Source: Salpingoeca rosetta (lineage: Eukaryota > Protista > Choanoflagellata). From it: DNA of 64,000 nucleotides. Shown here piece after piece: positions 31,301-62,130 of the stretch (the first letter of the stretch is position 1; each line of letters starts with the position of its first letter). The notes under the pieces are model-generated. The model was not told the origin of the DNA, did not search any database, and was given only the letters and a program-made list of their open reading frames with translations. Both the position numbers and the translations under genes were made by a program. The stretch is taken from assembly GCA_033442325.1 (NCBI GenBank), contig JAWQFM010000011.1, forward strand, positions 393,131 through 457,130, read 5' to 3'.

Positions 31301-34279
31301 AGCAACGTCGGTGACGGTGACCTCGAGCGTGGTGACGTGGGTCTGGCCGCCGTTGTCGCGGGCGCGGACGACGAGGGTGAACAGGTCGCGGTCCTCAAAG
31401 TCGAGCTCGCGGTTGACGGTCACGTCGCCGGTGGTCTCGTCAATGAGGAAGTAGTCGCCGTAGCCCTCCTCCGTGGAGAACCACGAGTAGGTGAGCGAGT
31501 CGTCCTCGTTGCGGTCCTGGGCCTGGACGGAGATGATGACGGAGCCAACCTGGACGTCCTCGGGCACCTCAACAGAGTACGAGTCTGAAAAGTAAGGGTC
31601 GACGTTCTCGGCGACGGCGTCAATGACGATGCCCGTGGTGGCCTCGTTGCCAGCAGAGTCGGTGGCGACAATGGAGAGGAAGTTGTTGAAGGTCACGTCG
31701 AGGTCAAGGACGTTGAAGGCCTGCGCGGCCGTGATGACGCCGTCGTTGCTGATGGCAAAGAGACCATCGCCGCCGGTGAGGGAGTAGGTGATGACGTTGC
31801 TGGTGTCCGCGGCGACCTTGGAGTTGCTGGCGTCGACGGTGTAAATCACGTCGCCGGCCTCGGCGCCACCGACAACGGTGACGGTCGGGGTGCCCTTGGG
31901 GAAGGACGGGCCGCACTCCTCGTGGTTCTGGTAGGTCCAGGTCCACTCCGTGACAGAAGTGCTGGGGTCGCACTGCTGGCAGATGTTGTCCGAGTTGGGG
32001 GCGGTGTTGTGGTAGCAGGTGCCGTCGATGGTGCACGACTCTGGGTTGGGGCCGCAGCCGTGGGCGTTGCAGACCTGGCAGACGCCGTCGTACCAGGTGA
32101 AGACAAACTCCTGCGACTCGGACCAGTTGTCGCCGTCAACGGTGACCTGGACGACGGCTGTCTCCTCGTCGCTGCCGCTGTGCACCTTGTTGGGCACGGC
32201 GCAGGCGACCTCCATGGAGCCGAGGAAGAAGGCGTCCGTCTCCATGTCGCCAAAGCGGCAGCGGAGCTTGTCAGAGTTCCAGAAGCCCTCGCCAATGACG
32301 CTGAGGCGGCCGGTGCACTCGTTGATGCCCTTGGTGTCGCAGAAAGGCTTGACGAGGGAGGTGATGACGGGGCGGGCGTTGGTGTCGATTGAGCAGTCAA
32401 AGCCGAGGAAGCCCTCATCGCAGGTGCAGATGCCCTCGTCGCAGGTACCACGGTTGTTGCACTGGCTGGGGCAGATGTTGGTCTGAATCTCCTTGTTTGG
32501 CTCGACCGGGTTCTCGTTCTCGTCCGTCTCCCAGGTGTTGAGGTCACGGCTGGCGCGCTCGGCGCAGTCGCGCTCGAGGGCCTCGAGGGCGTCCTCGATA
32601 AAGTCGACGTTGCTCGTCTCGGCCAAATCGTCGGCGCAGTCCTCAATGTACGCGGTGAAGTCAAAGCCGGGGAGGTTGTTCTGGCAGACGGCGACGACGT
32701 GGGAGTTGCTGATGACGTCGTCGCACTGGGCGACGGCGAGGTTGCGGTCCATGGCGTTCAGCGACTCGTCCACGGAGCTGCCGCCAATGACGACGTCCTC
32801 GTTGTCAATGACGTCGTTGAGGTTGAGGTCCTTGATGAAGCTGGTGATGTCCTCGGCGTCTGGGCGGTTGAGGATGGGGCGCACAAATGGCGGCTCCTCG
32901 TACGTGCACTCCTCGTAGGAGCGTGGGGGTGGGGATGGGGGAGACGGGGACGGGTACCAGGCGAAGAGGTCGTAGCTGGGCCTCTGGGAGGACCAGAGCT
33001 GGTTGACGCTGCGGGCGTAGTAGACTGGGGCATCGTTGTTGGGGTTGCCGTCAAAGTTACCGCAGACGCCCTCCACGTCGTTGAAGTCACGGCCAGGGGC
33101 GGTGAGGTACATGCTCATGTAGTAGGGCTGGGTGTCGGCGCGGACCATGGCACCAGACTTGAACTCGACGTAGTAGTTGGCACGGCGGCTGGAGCCGCGG
33201 ATGGAGAGCTTGGGGAAGCCACCACGGCGGCACTCGTCAGAGCCGCAGGAGCGGCGGACAACCGGGTTACCGTTGCAGGCCCAGACGACGACAACGTCGT
33301 TGTCCTCACGTGCGGCAAAGGCGCAGTGGCGGGCAGGGTAAGCGCGCGTCTGCACCTGCACCTCAAAGGTGCGCGAGCGGGTCTTGTAGAGGACGTAGCG
33401 GCCGGCGTCGACGATGTGCCAGTACTTGCGGTCAAACGTGTGGTAGTGGGGGTCACCGGTACCGGAGCACTGAGCAGAGCGGCGGGGACGCGTCTTGATG
33501 ACAATGTCCGCGGCGTTGTAGTTCTTGTAGTACTCGGAGCGGCTGATGGCCGGGTCGGTGACAATCATGCCCTCAAAGGTGCCATCATCCACAAAGTCCT
33601 CGACGGCGCGGATGACCAGCGTGCGTGGCTGGTGCCAGTCCTGCCAGTCCCACTTGATGATGCAGTTATCAATGGCAACCTGGTTCGGGTGTGGGTTCTG
33701 CACCTCAATCACAACGGCGCACTCTGGGTGGTGTTTTGTGTGTGTGTGTGTGTGTGTGTGCGTGCGTGTGCGCGCGCGCGTGTGTGTGGCGCGTTTTGGT
33801 GGCATATTGGTTGTTGTGGTTCATGCGTGAGTGAGGAGATGCAGATACATTGTTGTTGTTGGGTGGGGTGGGGGTGCAGAAAGAGTGTGCACGATTTGTG
33901 TGGCAGTGCAGCGCGCCGCAACAGCGGCACAGCAGTGGACAGCGCGATTCAGACAGAAGACAAAACCAAAACACTTCTCTCACTTCTTGTTGTGCGTGTG
34001 TGTCATTGTGGTGTGATGTGAAACCAAAACCAAAACGACCACCACCACAATCAACAAACAATATCAACCCCTATCAAACAGCCACACCAAACACAAACAG
34101 CTGTAAAACTCACCGCCATCCTGGGTGGTGCAAATGATGGGCTCGTCAAGGGTGAAGGTGATGACCTCGTAGAAACCCTCGCTCACGGTGAGGGAGGTCT
34201 TGTCCACGTGGATGCGCTGGGCAGCGGCAGAGGCCACCAGCAGCATGACACAGAGGCCAAGCATGCGCAGAGCAGCCAT
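28373..34279 (-). CDS. Cadherin-domain receptor: signal peptide - VWD - EGF - IPT/TIG - ~8 cadherin repeats - EGF-like - TM - NPxY motifs - SH2
   Basis: Exon 1 (34279-34114, MAALRMLGLCVMLLVASAAAQ) splices in phase 1 to a 5.35-kb exon (33723-28373). VWD: CSGTGDPHYHTFD. EGF: CPSQCNNRGTCDEGICTCDEGFLGFDC. Cadherin motifs: PED/AxDxD/LDFE/LDYE. TM: GLIVGVVVGAICLIALVAVVVILAM. SH2: WYQPDMTRQEC...GSFIVRDS. Confidence 0.93.
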
Positions 34280-34898
34280 GGTTGGCAGTGTGTTGGAGCA
34301 ACAAAAACACAAGCGGATGTGCAGAGAGAGAGAGGAAAGGTGGGGGAAAAGGGAAAGGGGCACGAGAAGCAGGCGTTGGTTGACTCAAGTCAACGACAAT
34401 TGCTCGTCGTGCGGGTGATATGGGGTGGTGATGGAAAGAATGAATGAAGTGAGGGAAGGGCGCAAAGCCACAAGCCTCGGCTTCCTTCCTTCTTCGGGGG
34501 CCACGTTGCTTCTGTGCTTCTTCTGTTGTTTTGCTTTGTTCCTTGTGCTTATGAGGGGGGAGTAAAACCAAACAAACAAAGAAACCCAACGATTTTCACG
34601 ATGAATGTCGTTGCGTGGCTGTATGAGACATCTTTCGAGATTTAACTAAAGAAATCGGCACACGGGCCCAAACACCTGACTCAGCACCCAAATACACAAC
34701 GACAGAAAATTGTGGGGTTGGGTTCTGTGGCGACACGCGACATGCAGACACATAGAAAAGCGGACTGGATGACACGAGAAGAGAGAGACAACACGATGCG
34801 AGACGACAAAGAGCAAGCATACAAGCGAGCGAGCGAGCGCAGGCACAAACGGCAAGGAAACGACACACGGCAAAAGAGGTACACACGAGTGACTCCTC

Positions 34899-35054
34899 TC
34901 AGAGAAAGTAGTCTGGGGCGCGGGGCAGCTTGTGGAAGCCCTCGGGCCTTGGTGCAGGGTCATATTGCAAAAACGTGTAGTTAAGCAGATCATCCAGCTC
35001 AAGAATGCCACCTTGGTTGCCTGTTTCAGACAGGGCGTGCAAGAATAAAGGGCG

Positions 35055-35088
<34 letters not shown>

Positions 35089-36009
35089 GAGTGAAACTCA
35101 CAGACAGACAGACAGACAGACACACACACACACAGAAAAAAAGGCGCATGCCAACACACACAAAGGCGCACGCAAGCACTGACCGCATCTGTAACAGTAG
35201 TTTGGCGCGCTGAAGATGGTGACGACGTGGCGCTCGTGGCTCCAGTTGTAACCTTCCATGACCAGCTGATGCGCCCTCGCAATGAGGGTCAGCCCGTTGG
35301 TCTCGTTGAACTTTGCAGACACATCTGGACCAAAGTTGTAGCCAGCACCACGCGGCGACGCGTTCCACCCCATCCTGTCGTCCGGATCCGACCACAGCAA
35401 ATCACACATGGAGCCCTGATGTGTGCGTGTGTGCGTGTGTGTGCGTGTGTGTGCGTGTGTGTGCGTGTGTGTGAGCAGTGTGAGGTGAGGTGGGTGGACC
35501 CTGAAGGCGGTGTGTCGAAACATCTGTGTGCACACCAAATTAAGAAAACAGCAACAAAGAAAGGCGAAACCCCATGCACACTACCACCACCAAATGACAC
35601 ACGCCAACACCACCAACAACGCAACCCAACAACACATATCATACGCACACGCACCACCAGCACACAAAAACGCACACGCACACACACCTCGTGCGGCACT
35701 TCTTGGATGCGGTCCATAGCGCGAATCACGTCAAGCGTCTCAACATTTGGTGACAAGCCACCGTGAAGGCAGAAAATCTTGTTTCACAATCAAAGCGAAC
35801 ACATGCGCGAACATATCGTGAGCGATTGTCCGTTGAGCAAGAGGACGATTCAAGCGTTTTGCGCTTGTGTGTGTGTGTGTGTGTGCTTGCGTGCGTGCGC
35901 ATATGATGTACGCAGCTTGGTTTGTGCACATGTGTGTTCAGCAGAGCATGTGGATCGCAAAGACACAACAAGACGCATGCAGTGCCTCATGCTGGTCCAG
36001 TGAAGAGCG

Positions 36010-36059
<50 letters not shown>

Positions 36060-37084
36060 CGGCTATACAACATTTCAGGGAACGACACACAAGCACATGC
36101 ATGCAGCATACGCACACGCACGCAAACTCCCACCCCCTTCAAACACACACACACACACATGCAACACACCTGGTTCTCGACGAGGCCAGTCAATGGCAGG
36201 TAGTCAAAGAGGTCTGTGAAGTAGGTCCACACGGCCGGGCTGGCGTACTTGCGCAGGCACTCGTCATAAAAGCCGTACACCTGAACCGAAGCAGCGCAGG
36301 TGAGCACGGGGTTACGATGAGAAACACTTGCGAGGCATGGAAAAGGATTGTGAGGCATGCTCAGGGACGCACGTGTGCAACCGACGCAAGCACGCCGCAG
36401 CCCCACACGACACGACGGTTTCAGATCATGAGCATGAACCTGCGGATCAGTAAGCGCACCTGGGTGATTTGTCTGCTCTCGTGGTTGCCGCGAAGGATGC
36501 AGATGCGGCTTGGATACCGCACCTGTCCAATCCACACACACACACGCACGCACATGTGTTGAGTGGTTTGCGGCGGTAGTGGCGGTTGCAGCGGTAGCGC
36601 TTGCGCTCGAACCACAACGTTCAGTTGCGCCACCAAGGACCTCACAGCATAACACCAAGGACACTTCCCGCAGCAACGCGACACAACATGCAAACACCCC
36701 CACAATGCACACCACAACACAAGCAAACAAGCAAATACCACGCCACAACACAAGCAATTACACACACACACACACACACACCTTAAGAGCGACGAGTAGG
36801 CTGACGGTTTCGACGCTGTAGTAGCCTCTGTCAACGTAGTCACCCATGAAGAGGTAGTTTGTGTCTGGGACATCGCCGCCAATGCGAAAGAGCTCCATGA
36901 GATCGTAAAACTGGCCGTGCACGTCGCCGCACACTGTCACGGGGCACTTGACCTCACGCACGTTGTTCTCATCCACCAGCAGCTCCCGCGCCTTCTCGCA
37001 CAGCACCCTGATCTCCTCCTCCGACAGGCGCTCCCCCGACTTCAACCGCGCAATCTGCGCATCCAGGTCCCCATAACTCGCCAT
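34899..37084 (-). CDS. PPP2CA: Serine/threonine protein phosphatase 2A catalytic subunit
   Basis: Motifs [48 protein letters not shown] and [11 protein letters not shown]-terminal PDYFL. Confidence 0.92.
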
Positions 37085-39212
37085 CCTCTTTGATTAGCTG
37101 TGGGACGCGATGTGGCGTGCACGCGTGACGTGTGTGGTGTGAGGTGTGTGTGTGAGGTGTGTGTGTGTGGGGCGCGGTGTGGTGCACAGTGGGTGAGAAG
37201 TGCGCGAGATGATGATGCATGAGAAAGTTCTTGATGCGGGTGTTGTGGCAAAGGCGAACCACCAAATCCAGCCATCCCAGCCATCCCAGCCATCGCATCC
37301 AACCAGACTCATTCGCCTCCGCGCTTGCTCTTCAACCAGCGCAGGCACCTCACCATCGGCACAAACACACACACACACGCACTGCTATCGTTCTCCAACT
37401 GCTGCTCCCCCCCCCCGCACACACAACTCTCCAACCACACATGATCACCAATCAACGGATCAATCCATGCAGGCCATGCAGGCCATGCAGGATTCCCCAC
37501 CCGACCAACCACATACTCACTCACTCAATGATCGCTTACATGATGTGTTCTGCAGTGTGTTTCACTTGGCTTGGCTGTTCGCTTGATCGCACGCCTGTGC
37601 CCCCGCCTCACTGAGCTCCTTGACTGGTCCCTTCTGCAGCGTCCGTCTGCACGCTTCGTCTGCTTGTTGCTGTCTTCGCGCTGGTGCTGGTGCTGGTGCT
37701 GCTGTTGTGGGGTCCAGTCCGATATCGGTCGGTTTTTCGCTCTGCTGGCTATCGCTGGTGTCTTGTTTGGGTTGCTGGGCGGTACTCGATTTTCGCTGGA
37801 TATCGTACATAAGAAAAGGAATCAAGGTCAAAATATCCTAAGCGTACCAGGAAATTTGCCATGCAATTGGCGACGGCGCGTTTTCCCCACTCGCTTGATT
37901 CAAGTGCACACAACACCATAAAATTTTCACAACAAAAAAATTCAACGTTTTTTGCCCGCGAAAAAACCCCTTACTGTTTTGTTGCTTGCTTGCTTCTTGG
38001 CTTGACTGTTTTGGTTTCTGGCCAGCCAACAAAAGCAAGCCAAAGCAAGTCCGACCACGACAACGGCGCTTGCTTTGCTGCCCCCGCTTGGTTTGTTTGT
38101 TCGTCTTTGTGACACACCTTCCACCTGCCTGCCCCTCTCCTCCGCTTGCTCTCCTCCGTCTCTTGCTCTCCGTCTCTCGTTCTTCTCGTTCCCCAACGCG
38201 CCACCACCCCCGCGCGCTTCCCTTCCACCCACCCCCCCTCCACTGCATGCGTTCACTGCCTACCATTCCAACGATACCAGCCTCACTCACAGTCGCATAG
38301 CTTGGCGCAGCTCAGCAACGCAGCCGAGTGCTCGACATTCCTGCCGCCAAAGCCAAACAGCAGCAGCCCCAAATTTTTTTAACATTAATTTGTCCTCGCC
38401 TATTTTTTCGCCTTTTGTTTTTCCCGCCCATCTCTCCAGCCCCTGGCCGGCAATTGCGATTGTTCGCCGACATTCGCGCCACATCCCCACCCACCGACCA
38501 ACCCATCGCCTCCGCGACACACAACACAACACAACACAACAGCGCTGACCAAGCTCACCGTTGGCTTGGCCTGTCAATTGTTGCTGGTTTTTTTTTCTCT
38601 GCTTCTGATCAGCAACAACAACAACCCCCAGCTCGCGGCATCCTTGGAATTCTCGCCGACATCATCCACAGCCGCAGTCATCACCACAGCACAGCGCATC
38701 GCACCACGACCAACAGCAGCTCAAGCAATCGCAGCACCCCAATCAAGCGGCCTCGCTTCTCTGTCTGCAGTCAGTCAGTCTTCCACTGGCGCCCGTGGCG
38801 TGATTGCTTGTTTTGTTGCCGCCCGCCACACACACACACACCCGGACAACGCTTGCTGATTCATCATCAGCGCTCGAATTCACAGTCATCGCCACCAGCA
38901 AGGAGGAGAAACAGCACTTGAAGGACACACTCTCACACACACTCACACACATCCACACGCACAACCAGCCAACCAACTGCCTCGCATAACGGATCACACA
39001 AAGCTGGCAGTGTTGGTGACTCAGACAACAGCAACGAGCAGCAACCGTCCAGTCCAGTCCATCCAGCACCTGTTTCGAGAGAGCTGTCGCAGCAGCAGCA
39101 TTTCTGTCTCTCTCTCTGTCTCTCTCTCTCTGTCTCTCTCTGTCTCTCTCTCTCTGTCTCTCTCTGTCTCTCCTCTCTTCACCAACCACCTTTTGGACAC
39201 AGCACCAGCCCC

Positions 39213-41767
<2,555 letters not shown>

Positions 41768-42982
41768 TGATTTATGCGACGCCATGAACTTAGGTTGCTT
41801 TCCTTTGCAGCTCCCCCCCCCTTCTTTTTTTGCCCCGTGTTACTTCCCCCCCCCCTCCCTCTCTCTCTCTTTCTCTCTCCTCTCTCTCCTCTTTCCCTCG
41901 GTCGCTGTGCAATTGAACCTCTGAATGAACCACGCCTTGTTTCCTGCCTCTTTCTCGTTCTCGATTTGTTGTTCTTCTGACATAAGTCTTTGCCCTCACC
42001 CGCAAGGAGCATGGTGCTCTGCTGCATTCGTTGCCACTGCCCACGATGGTGCGACAGCCCGGAGGAGCTGCGCTGTCCTCAACTGCATCGCCTGTGCCGC
42101 CGGTCGCCCTGCGCTCGGCTGGGGTGCGGAAGACACTGCAAGTGCGCGTCCTTCACATTGTCTAGGGCTCCTCTTGGGCAGAACGGACGCCCCTAACACA
42201 TGTGGCCTAGCGAGCACGGCGGCCGCATCGGACGCCGTCACACGCACGCGTGTGCCTGTGCCTGTGCGTGTGTTCCTGCCGGCTGTCGCTCAGGGCCGTG
42301 CCCGATGCTGCTTACTGCTTTGATACTCGACCCTGCTGGTGCTCATGCTGCTCATGCTGCTCATGCTGCTCATGCTACTGATGACACCTTTGACGATCAC
42401 CCTCCCCGCACGTGTGCCCAGTTGCACATGTGTACGCGCGTGTGCCTTTGCATAACATGACGTGTGTGTTTGTGTTTGTGCTTCTGATTGACCCTCAAAA
42501 TGGACTCTTGCGCTCTTTCTTCGCTCTCTCTCTCTCTCCCTCTCTCTCTCGCTCTCTCGCTCTCTTCTTTTGATTGAACAACATATTCCCCCCATCAACG
42601 AAGCCTTTCCTGAACATCTGTGTGCTTGTGTGGTGTGAGAGAGAGAGAGAGTGAGTGTGTGCTCTCGCTTGCTTGTGGTGAGAAAGACATCTTGCGCGCT
42701 CTCCCCAGCGCACAACCTGCGCTTGATGAGGAATTGCGGTATTACCGGTGAACTTTCCGCGCCTCATCACCGCCACCAACACCGCCCACCCACCACCAAA
42801 ACAAAACCCTCCAGCAGCCAGCCAGCAAGGGCCTGGAAGCGCGCAGCTCACTTAAGGTGTCAGTCATCCAACTGCCCAAGCAAGCGAGCCAAGTGAGCAG
42901 CCTGCTGCTTGTCTCCCCCCCCCCCCTCCCGAGCCCCCACTTGCCCGTTGCCGTCACGCTAGATGTTTGCTGAGTGAATAAG

Positions 42983-51860
<8,878 letters not shown>

Positions 51861-52274
51861 TGCTCGCTTGTGGTTGTGTGTACGTGTGTCTGTGTGTGGT
51901 TGTGTCTGTGTGTGGTTGTGTGTAACTGCTGTGTCCGTCCGTCTGTGTGTGTTTTCGTGCCGGCGTACTTTTTTTTGCTTTTGGGACAACATGATGACGA
52001 CTCAATGGCGCTCTGTGCCTGGCCCAATGCGCCCCCCCCCCACTCTTGTGTTTGCTCTAGTAGATGACTGATGACCCCCTGCTCCAACACACGCGCCCAC
52101 AACAACAACACCATCACCGAGTGGCGATGATGTAACCCGTGCTTCGCAACGCTTTTTGGGGGTTGCATGTTTCCCAATACGATCATTCTCCAGCAGAAGA
52201 CTCTTTGCTGGCTTGCTTGCTTGCTTGCTTGCCTGCTCGCTCGCCTCAACACGCCTCCTTCCCAACAACACACC

Positions 52275-57575
<5,301 letters not shown>

Positions 57576-57655
57576 GTGTGACATGACACGCGTTGTGTTG
57601 CTCCTTTGTTACGCCAGCTGTACTTGTTGTGGGTTGTTGTTGTTGTTGTTGTGGG

Positions 57656-57713
<58 letters not shown>

Positions 57714-57758
57714 GGGTTGTTGTTGTTGCCTGTTGCTTCTTGTGTGCATCAAACACAT

Positions 57759-57828
<70 letters not shown>

Positions 57829-58118
57829 CCACCACCTCGTTTTATGCTGTTGTGCTTGTTTCGCTGAGTCAGCAACAATGGAAAACGCGCTGACGTGTCG
57901 TTGATTTGAGTTCCAGAAGGAAAGGAAGAAGAAAAGAAGAAGGACGCGCGAACAAAACAGACACCAAGAAGCCACGCCACGAAAACACACACACACACAC
58001 TGCACACCGCGCCCACTGCACTCGTTCATTTTCCAGACCTGCTGTGGCTCTGCTTTGCGTCGTGTGAGTGTGTGAGTGACATATCCAAACAAGCAAGCAA
58101 GCAAAGCGAGCAGCAATA

Positions 58119-60980
58119 ATGGCGACGACGACGACGAGGGTGATTCTCGTCGTGGCCCTGTGCCTTGTTGGCCTGGCCCTCTTCCCTGGTAAGAAGCACA
58201 CACAAGTGTCTGTTGCTGCGGTTACGGCTGTTTGGTTGTGGTGTGTGGTTCGTGTCTGGTTGGTGCTTGAGTTGATTATGTCCGTCTCTCTTCCACACCA
58301 AAGCACTGTCTAGACACACACATGTTCACACACACACATGTTCACACATACACACATGTTCACACACATGTTCACACATACACACACATACACTCTCAAA
58401 CACACTCAAAAGCACACACACACACACAATCTCTCTCTCTCAAATGCTCGCACACACTCACGCGTCACACATCGAATTCCCCCCCCCCCCAAACCAGGCC
58501 CTTCGTTTACGGATGAGACCGCTGATGACACTGCTGTGAATGTGGACGCACCTGAGTCGGTGGACGCCGACCTCTCTGCACACAAGAGCACGGGCACGGA
58601 CGCCGAGGTGGTGGAACGCGAGGAGCAGGCCATCAAGCTGGATGGCATGAGCGTGGCAGAGGCCAAGCTGCTGCGCGAAAAGGCAGACACGTTTGAGTTC
58701 CAGGCCGAGGTCAACCGCATGATGAAGCTCATCATCAACTCCCTGTACAAGAACAAGGACATCTTCCTGCGCGAGCTCATCTCCAACGCCTCCGACGCCC
58801 TCGACAAGATCCGCTTCCTCTCGCTCACGGACAAGGACGTCCTCGGCGACGTGCCGGACCTGCACATCAAGATCCACGCCGACAAGGACAACGGCGTCCT
58901 GCACATCACCGACACGGGCATCGGCATGACCCGCGAGGACCTCATCAACAACCTCGGCACCATCGCCAAGTCCGGCACCAGCGAGTTCCTCACCGCCATC
59001 AGCGAGGGCAAGGCCGACGCCAGCTCCCTCATTGGTCAGTTTGGCGTTGGCTTCTACTCGGCCTTCCTCGTCGCCGACACGGTCGTCGTCACCACCAAGC
59101 ACAACAACGACAAGCAGTACATCTGGACCTCGGACGCCGCCTCCTTCTCCATTGTGGAGGACCCGCGCGAGGACGAGCAGCTGGGCCGCGGCACCCGCAT
59201 CAGCCTGTACCTCAAGGACGAGGCCCGCGAGTTCCTGCAGGAGAACCGCATCCGCGACCTCGTGCGCAAATACTCTGAGTTTATCAACTTTGACATCTAC
59301 CTATACACGAGCAAGGAGGTTGAGATTGATGTTGAGGCTGAGGAGGAGGCCCTGCGCGCAGAGGAGGAGGAGCTTCTTGACGAGGACGAGGAAGAGGCGC
59401 CCGAGAGCGAAGATGACGCGGACGACGACGATGAGGGTTATGAGGGCGACGATGAGGATGAGGATGAGGAGGAGGAGGACGAGGATGAGGTGGAGGCCGA
59501 GCCCACCAAGACCACGCGCACCGTGTGGGACTGGGAGGTGATCAACGCCAACAAGCCCATCTGGACCCGCAACCCAAAGGAGGTTGAGGACGAGGAGTAC
59601 AACAACTTCTACAAGGCCTTCAGCAAGGACACCAAGGACCCGCTGGGCAAGATCCACTTCACCGCCGAGGGCGAGGTGACGTTCCGCTCCATCCTGTACA
59701 TCCCACAGGAGGCGCCCGCGGGCTTCTTCAACGACTACGGCAACACCCAGTCGGATCTCAAGCTGTACGTGCGCCGCGTGTTCATCACGGACGAGTTTGA
59801 CGACATGCTGCCCAAGTACCTTGGCTTCATCCGCGGCGTGGTGGACTCGGACGACCTGCCGCTCAACGTATCCCGCGAGACGCTGCAGCAGCACAAGCTC
59901 CTCCGCGTCATTAAGAAGAAGATTGTGCGCAAGGCGCTGGAGATGATCAAGAAGCTGGACGACGAGAGCTTCAAGAAGTTCTGGAAGGAGTTTGGCACGA
60001 GCATCAAGCTGGGCCTGATTGAGGACTTCCAGAACAAGTCGCGCCTGGCCAAGCTGGTGCGCTTCCACTCGTCACACGAGGACGGCGAGCTGACGTCGCT
60101 GGACGACTACGTCGCCCGCATGAAGAAGAATCAGGAGCACATCTTCTTCGTCGCCGGCTCCTCCATGGAGGAGGTCAAGGCATCGCCGTTTGTGGAGCGC
60201 CTGCTCAAGCGCGGCTACGAGGTGCTGTACCTCACAGAGCCCGTCGACGAGTACACCATCCAGAACCTGCCCGAGTACGACGGAAAGAAGTTCCAGAACG
60301 CCGCCAAGGAGGGCCTCAAGCTGGACGACTCTGAGGCCGCCAAGAAGTACAAGGAGGAGCAGGAGGAGGAGTTCAAGCCGCTCACGGAGTGGCTCGGCGA
60401 GCACCTGAGCGAGGACATCGAGAAGGCCGTCGTCTCGGACCGCCTCACAGACTCGCCGTGCGCCCTGGTTGCGTCGCAGTACGGCTGGTCTGGCAACATG
60501 GAGCGCATCATGAAGGCGCAGGCGTACGCGCGGCAGGACGACGCCGGGTCGAGCTTCTACGCGCGACAGAAGAAGACGCTTGAGATCAACCCGCGCCACC
60601 CGCTGATCAAGAGCCTGCTGGAGCGCGCCAAGGCCCTGGAGGACGAGGAGGACGCCACAGACGAGACACTGGAGGACACGGCACGCGTGCTGCTGGACAC
60701 GGCGCGGCTGCGGTCCGGATACCTCATGCAGGACTCTGTTGGGTTTGCGCAGCGCATTGAGCGCATGCTCCGCCTGAGTGCCGGCGTTGACCTCGACGCG
60801 CCCGTGGAGGAGGAGCCCGTGTTTGAGGACGAAGATGAGGATGAGGGCGACGAGGATGAGGATGAGGATGAGGAGATTGAGGACGAAGATGAGGAGGAAG
60901 AAGATGAGGAGGAGGAGGGGGAGGAAGAAGAAGAAGAGGAGGGAGAAGAGGCAGAGGGCGTTGCTCATGAGGAGCTCTAA
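58119..60980 (+). CDS. HSP90B1: Endoplasmin / GRP94 (ER HSP90)
   Basis: Exon 1 (58119-58188) encodes the signal peptide; exon 2 is 58498-60980. Motifs [34 protein letters not shown] and [10 protein letters not shown]. Acidic tail ends in the ER-retention-like signal HEEL. Confidence 0.97.
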
Positions 60981-61404
60981 GCCAACACTCATCCACACAT
61001 ACACATACACATACACATGTTGGTCTCGGTGTTTCTTTGAACGTTTTGTTTGGTTGTTTGTTTGTTTGTATGGACTTGGGATTGGACTGTGTTTGAGGCA
61101 TCATGTGCTCTCGTACATACACGACGCATTCGATTCAAAATACACAGCAAACAGGTGATTTTCATGTGATGTGAAGTGAGACGACGACGAACAAAACCCA
61201 GAGGGCGTGGATCAAAAGTTGTTGAAGACGCAATGTGACATTGATAGCATGCATGGGAGACGGCCACAATTTCAAAACCCAGAGGGCGTGGATCGTGCAC
61301 TTTGTACAATGCTGCAAACAAAAACGCAAGAGCACACTGCACGAACACTGCACGCACAAGCACATGTCCACCCCCACCCTCTCTCTGATCTTGTGCCTGC
61401 CCTA

Positions 61405-62096
61405 TTATTGGTTGTGGAAGAAGCAAGAGTTTGTGTCGCCACCCAGGCTGACAAATGCCGGGTGGTGTCGAACACTTGCCATTCCCGTGCGCTGCTCCAC
61501 GTGCCGTCGCATTGCCTGCAAGTGCAGCACTTCCTCCCTGCGCACCTCCGCCCCTTGCTGCCGCCGCTCGTGTCGACGCTGTCGACGCTCGCTCTCCCGC
61601 TCAGTGCGTCGCTCATCTCGCCCGCGGCGGTGCCGTGCCCGCTCCCCATACGTGTGGCCAATGTTCTGGCGCTGGTTGGACGGGTGTAGCAGCGCCTTCT
61701 CCATGCGCGCGTGTGTTTCGCGCGGTGCCTCGCGCAGATACGCCTCAACAGCTGCCGCTTCCTCCTCCACCTCCTCCGCCGCCATCGCCGTTGCATCCGC
61801 CACTTCCCACCCAAATCGCGCATGCGGCGGCGACATGTTCGCCGTGTGTGCGTCAGCGTCGTCGTACCTGTGTTGTACAGCGCGCCAACGCATGCGCATG
61901 GACGCGGACGGAGACGTGGACGCGTGTCGACCCAGCTGTCGCGAATGTGTTTGGCTTCTGGATGCGAACAAGGTCGGCTCCCTGCGAGTGGACGTGACGG
62001 CAGGCGCTGGAGATCGAGGCGCTGTCGGCAGGTCGATTCGATCAGAGGAGTGTCGAACTACAAGAGCACGCAACAGAGACGACGATGATGGTCCTA

Positions 62097-62130
<34 letters not shown>

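Noticed and set aside
29438-34021. Long plus-strand ORFs (716 aa, 440 aa)
   Set aside because: Antisense shadows of the GC3-biased cadherin exon, with no recognisable motifs.
37085-39212. 2.1-kb region between divergent PP2A and DYRK1 as a possible hidden gene or ncRNA
   Set aside because: No coherent exon chain or RNA-gene motif found. An acceptor just upstream of the PP2A ATG suggests UTR introns and promoters.
58406-61016. Minus-strand ORFs overlapping GRP94
   Set aside because: Antisense shadows of a codon-biased HSP90 gene.
61190-61295. Two copies of AAAACCCAGAGGGCGTGGATC about 80 bp apart
   Set aside because: Only two copies, in a eukaryotic 3' intergenic region with no cas genes or element features. 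A local duplication, not a CRISPR array or transposon.
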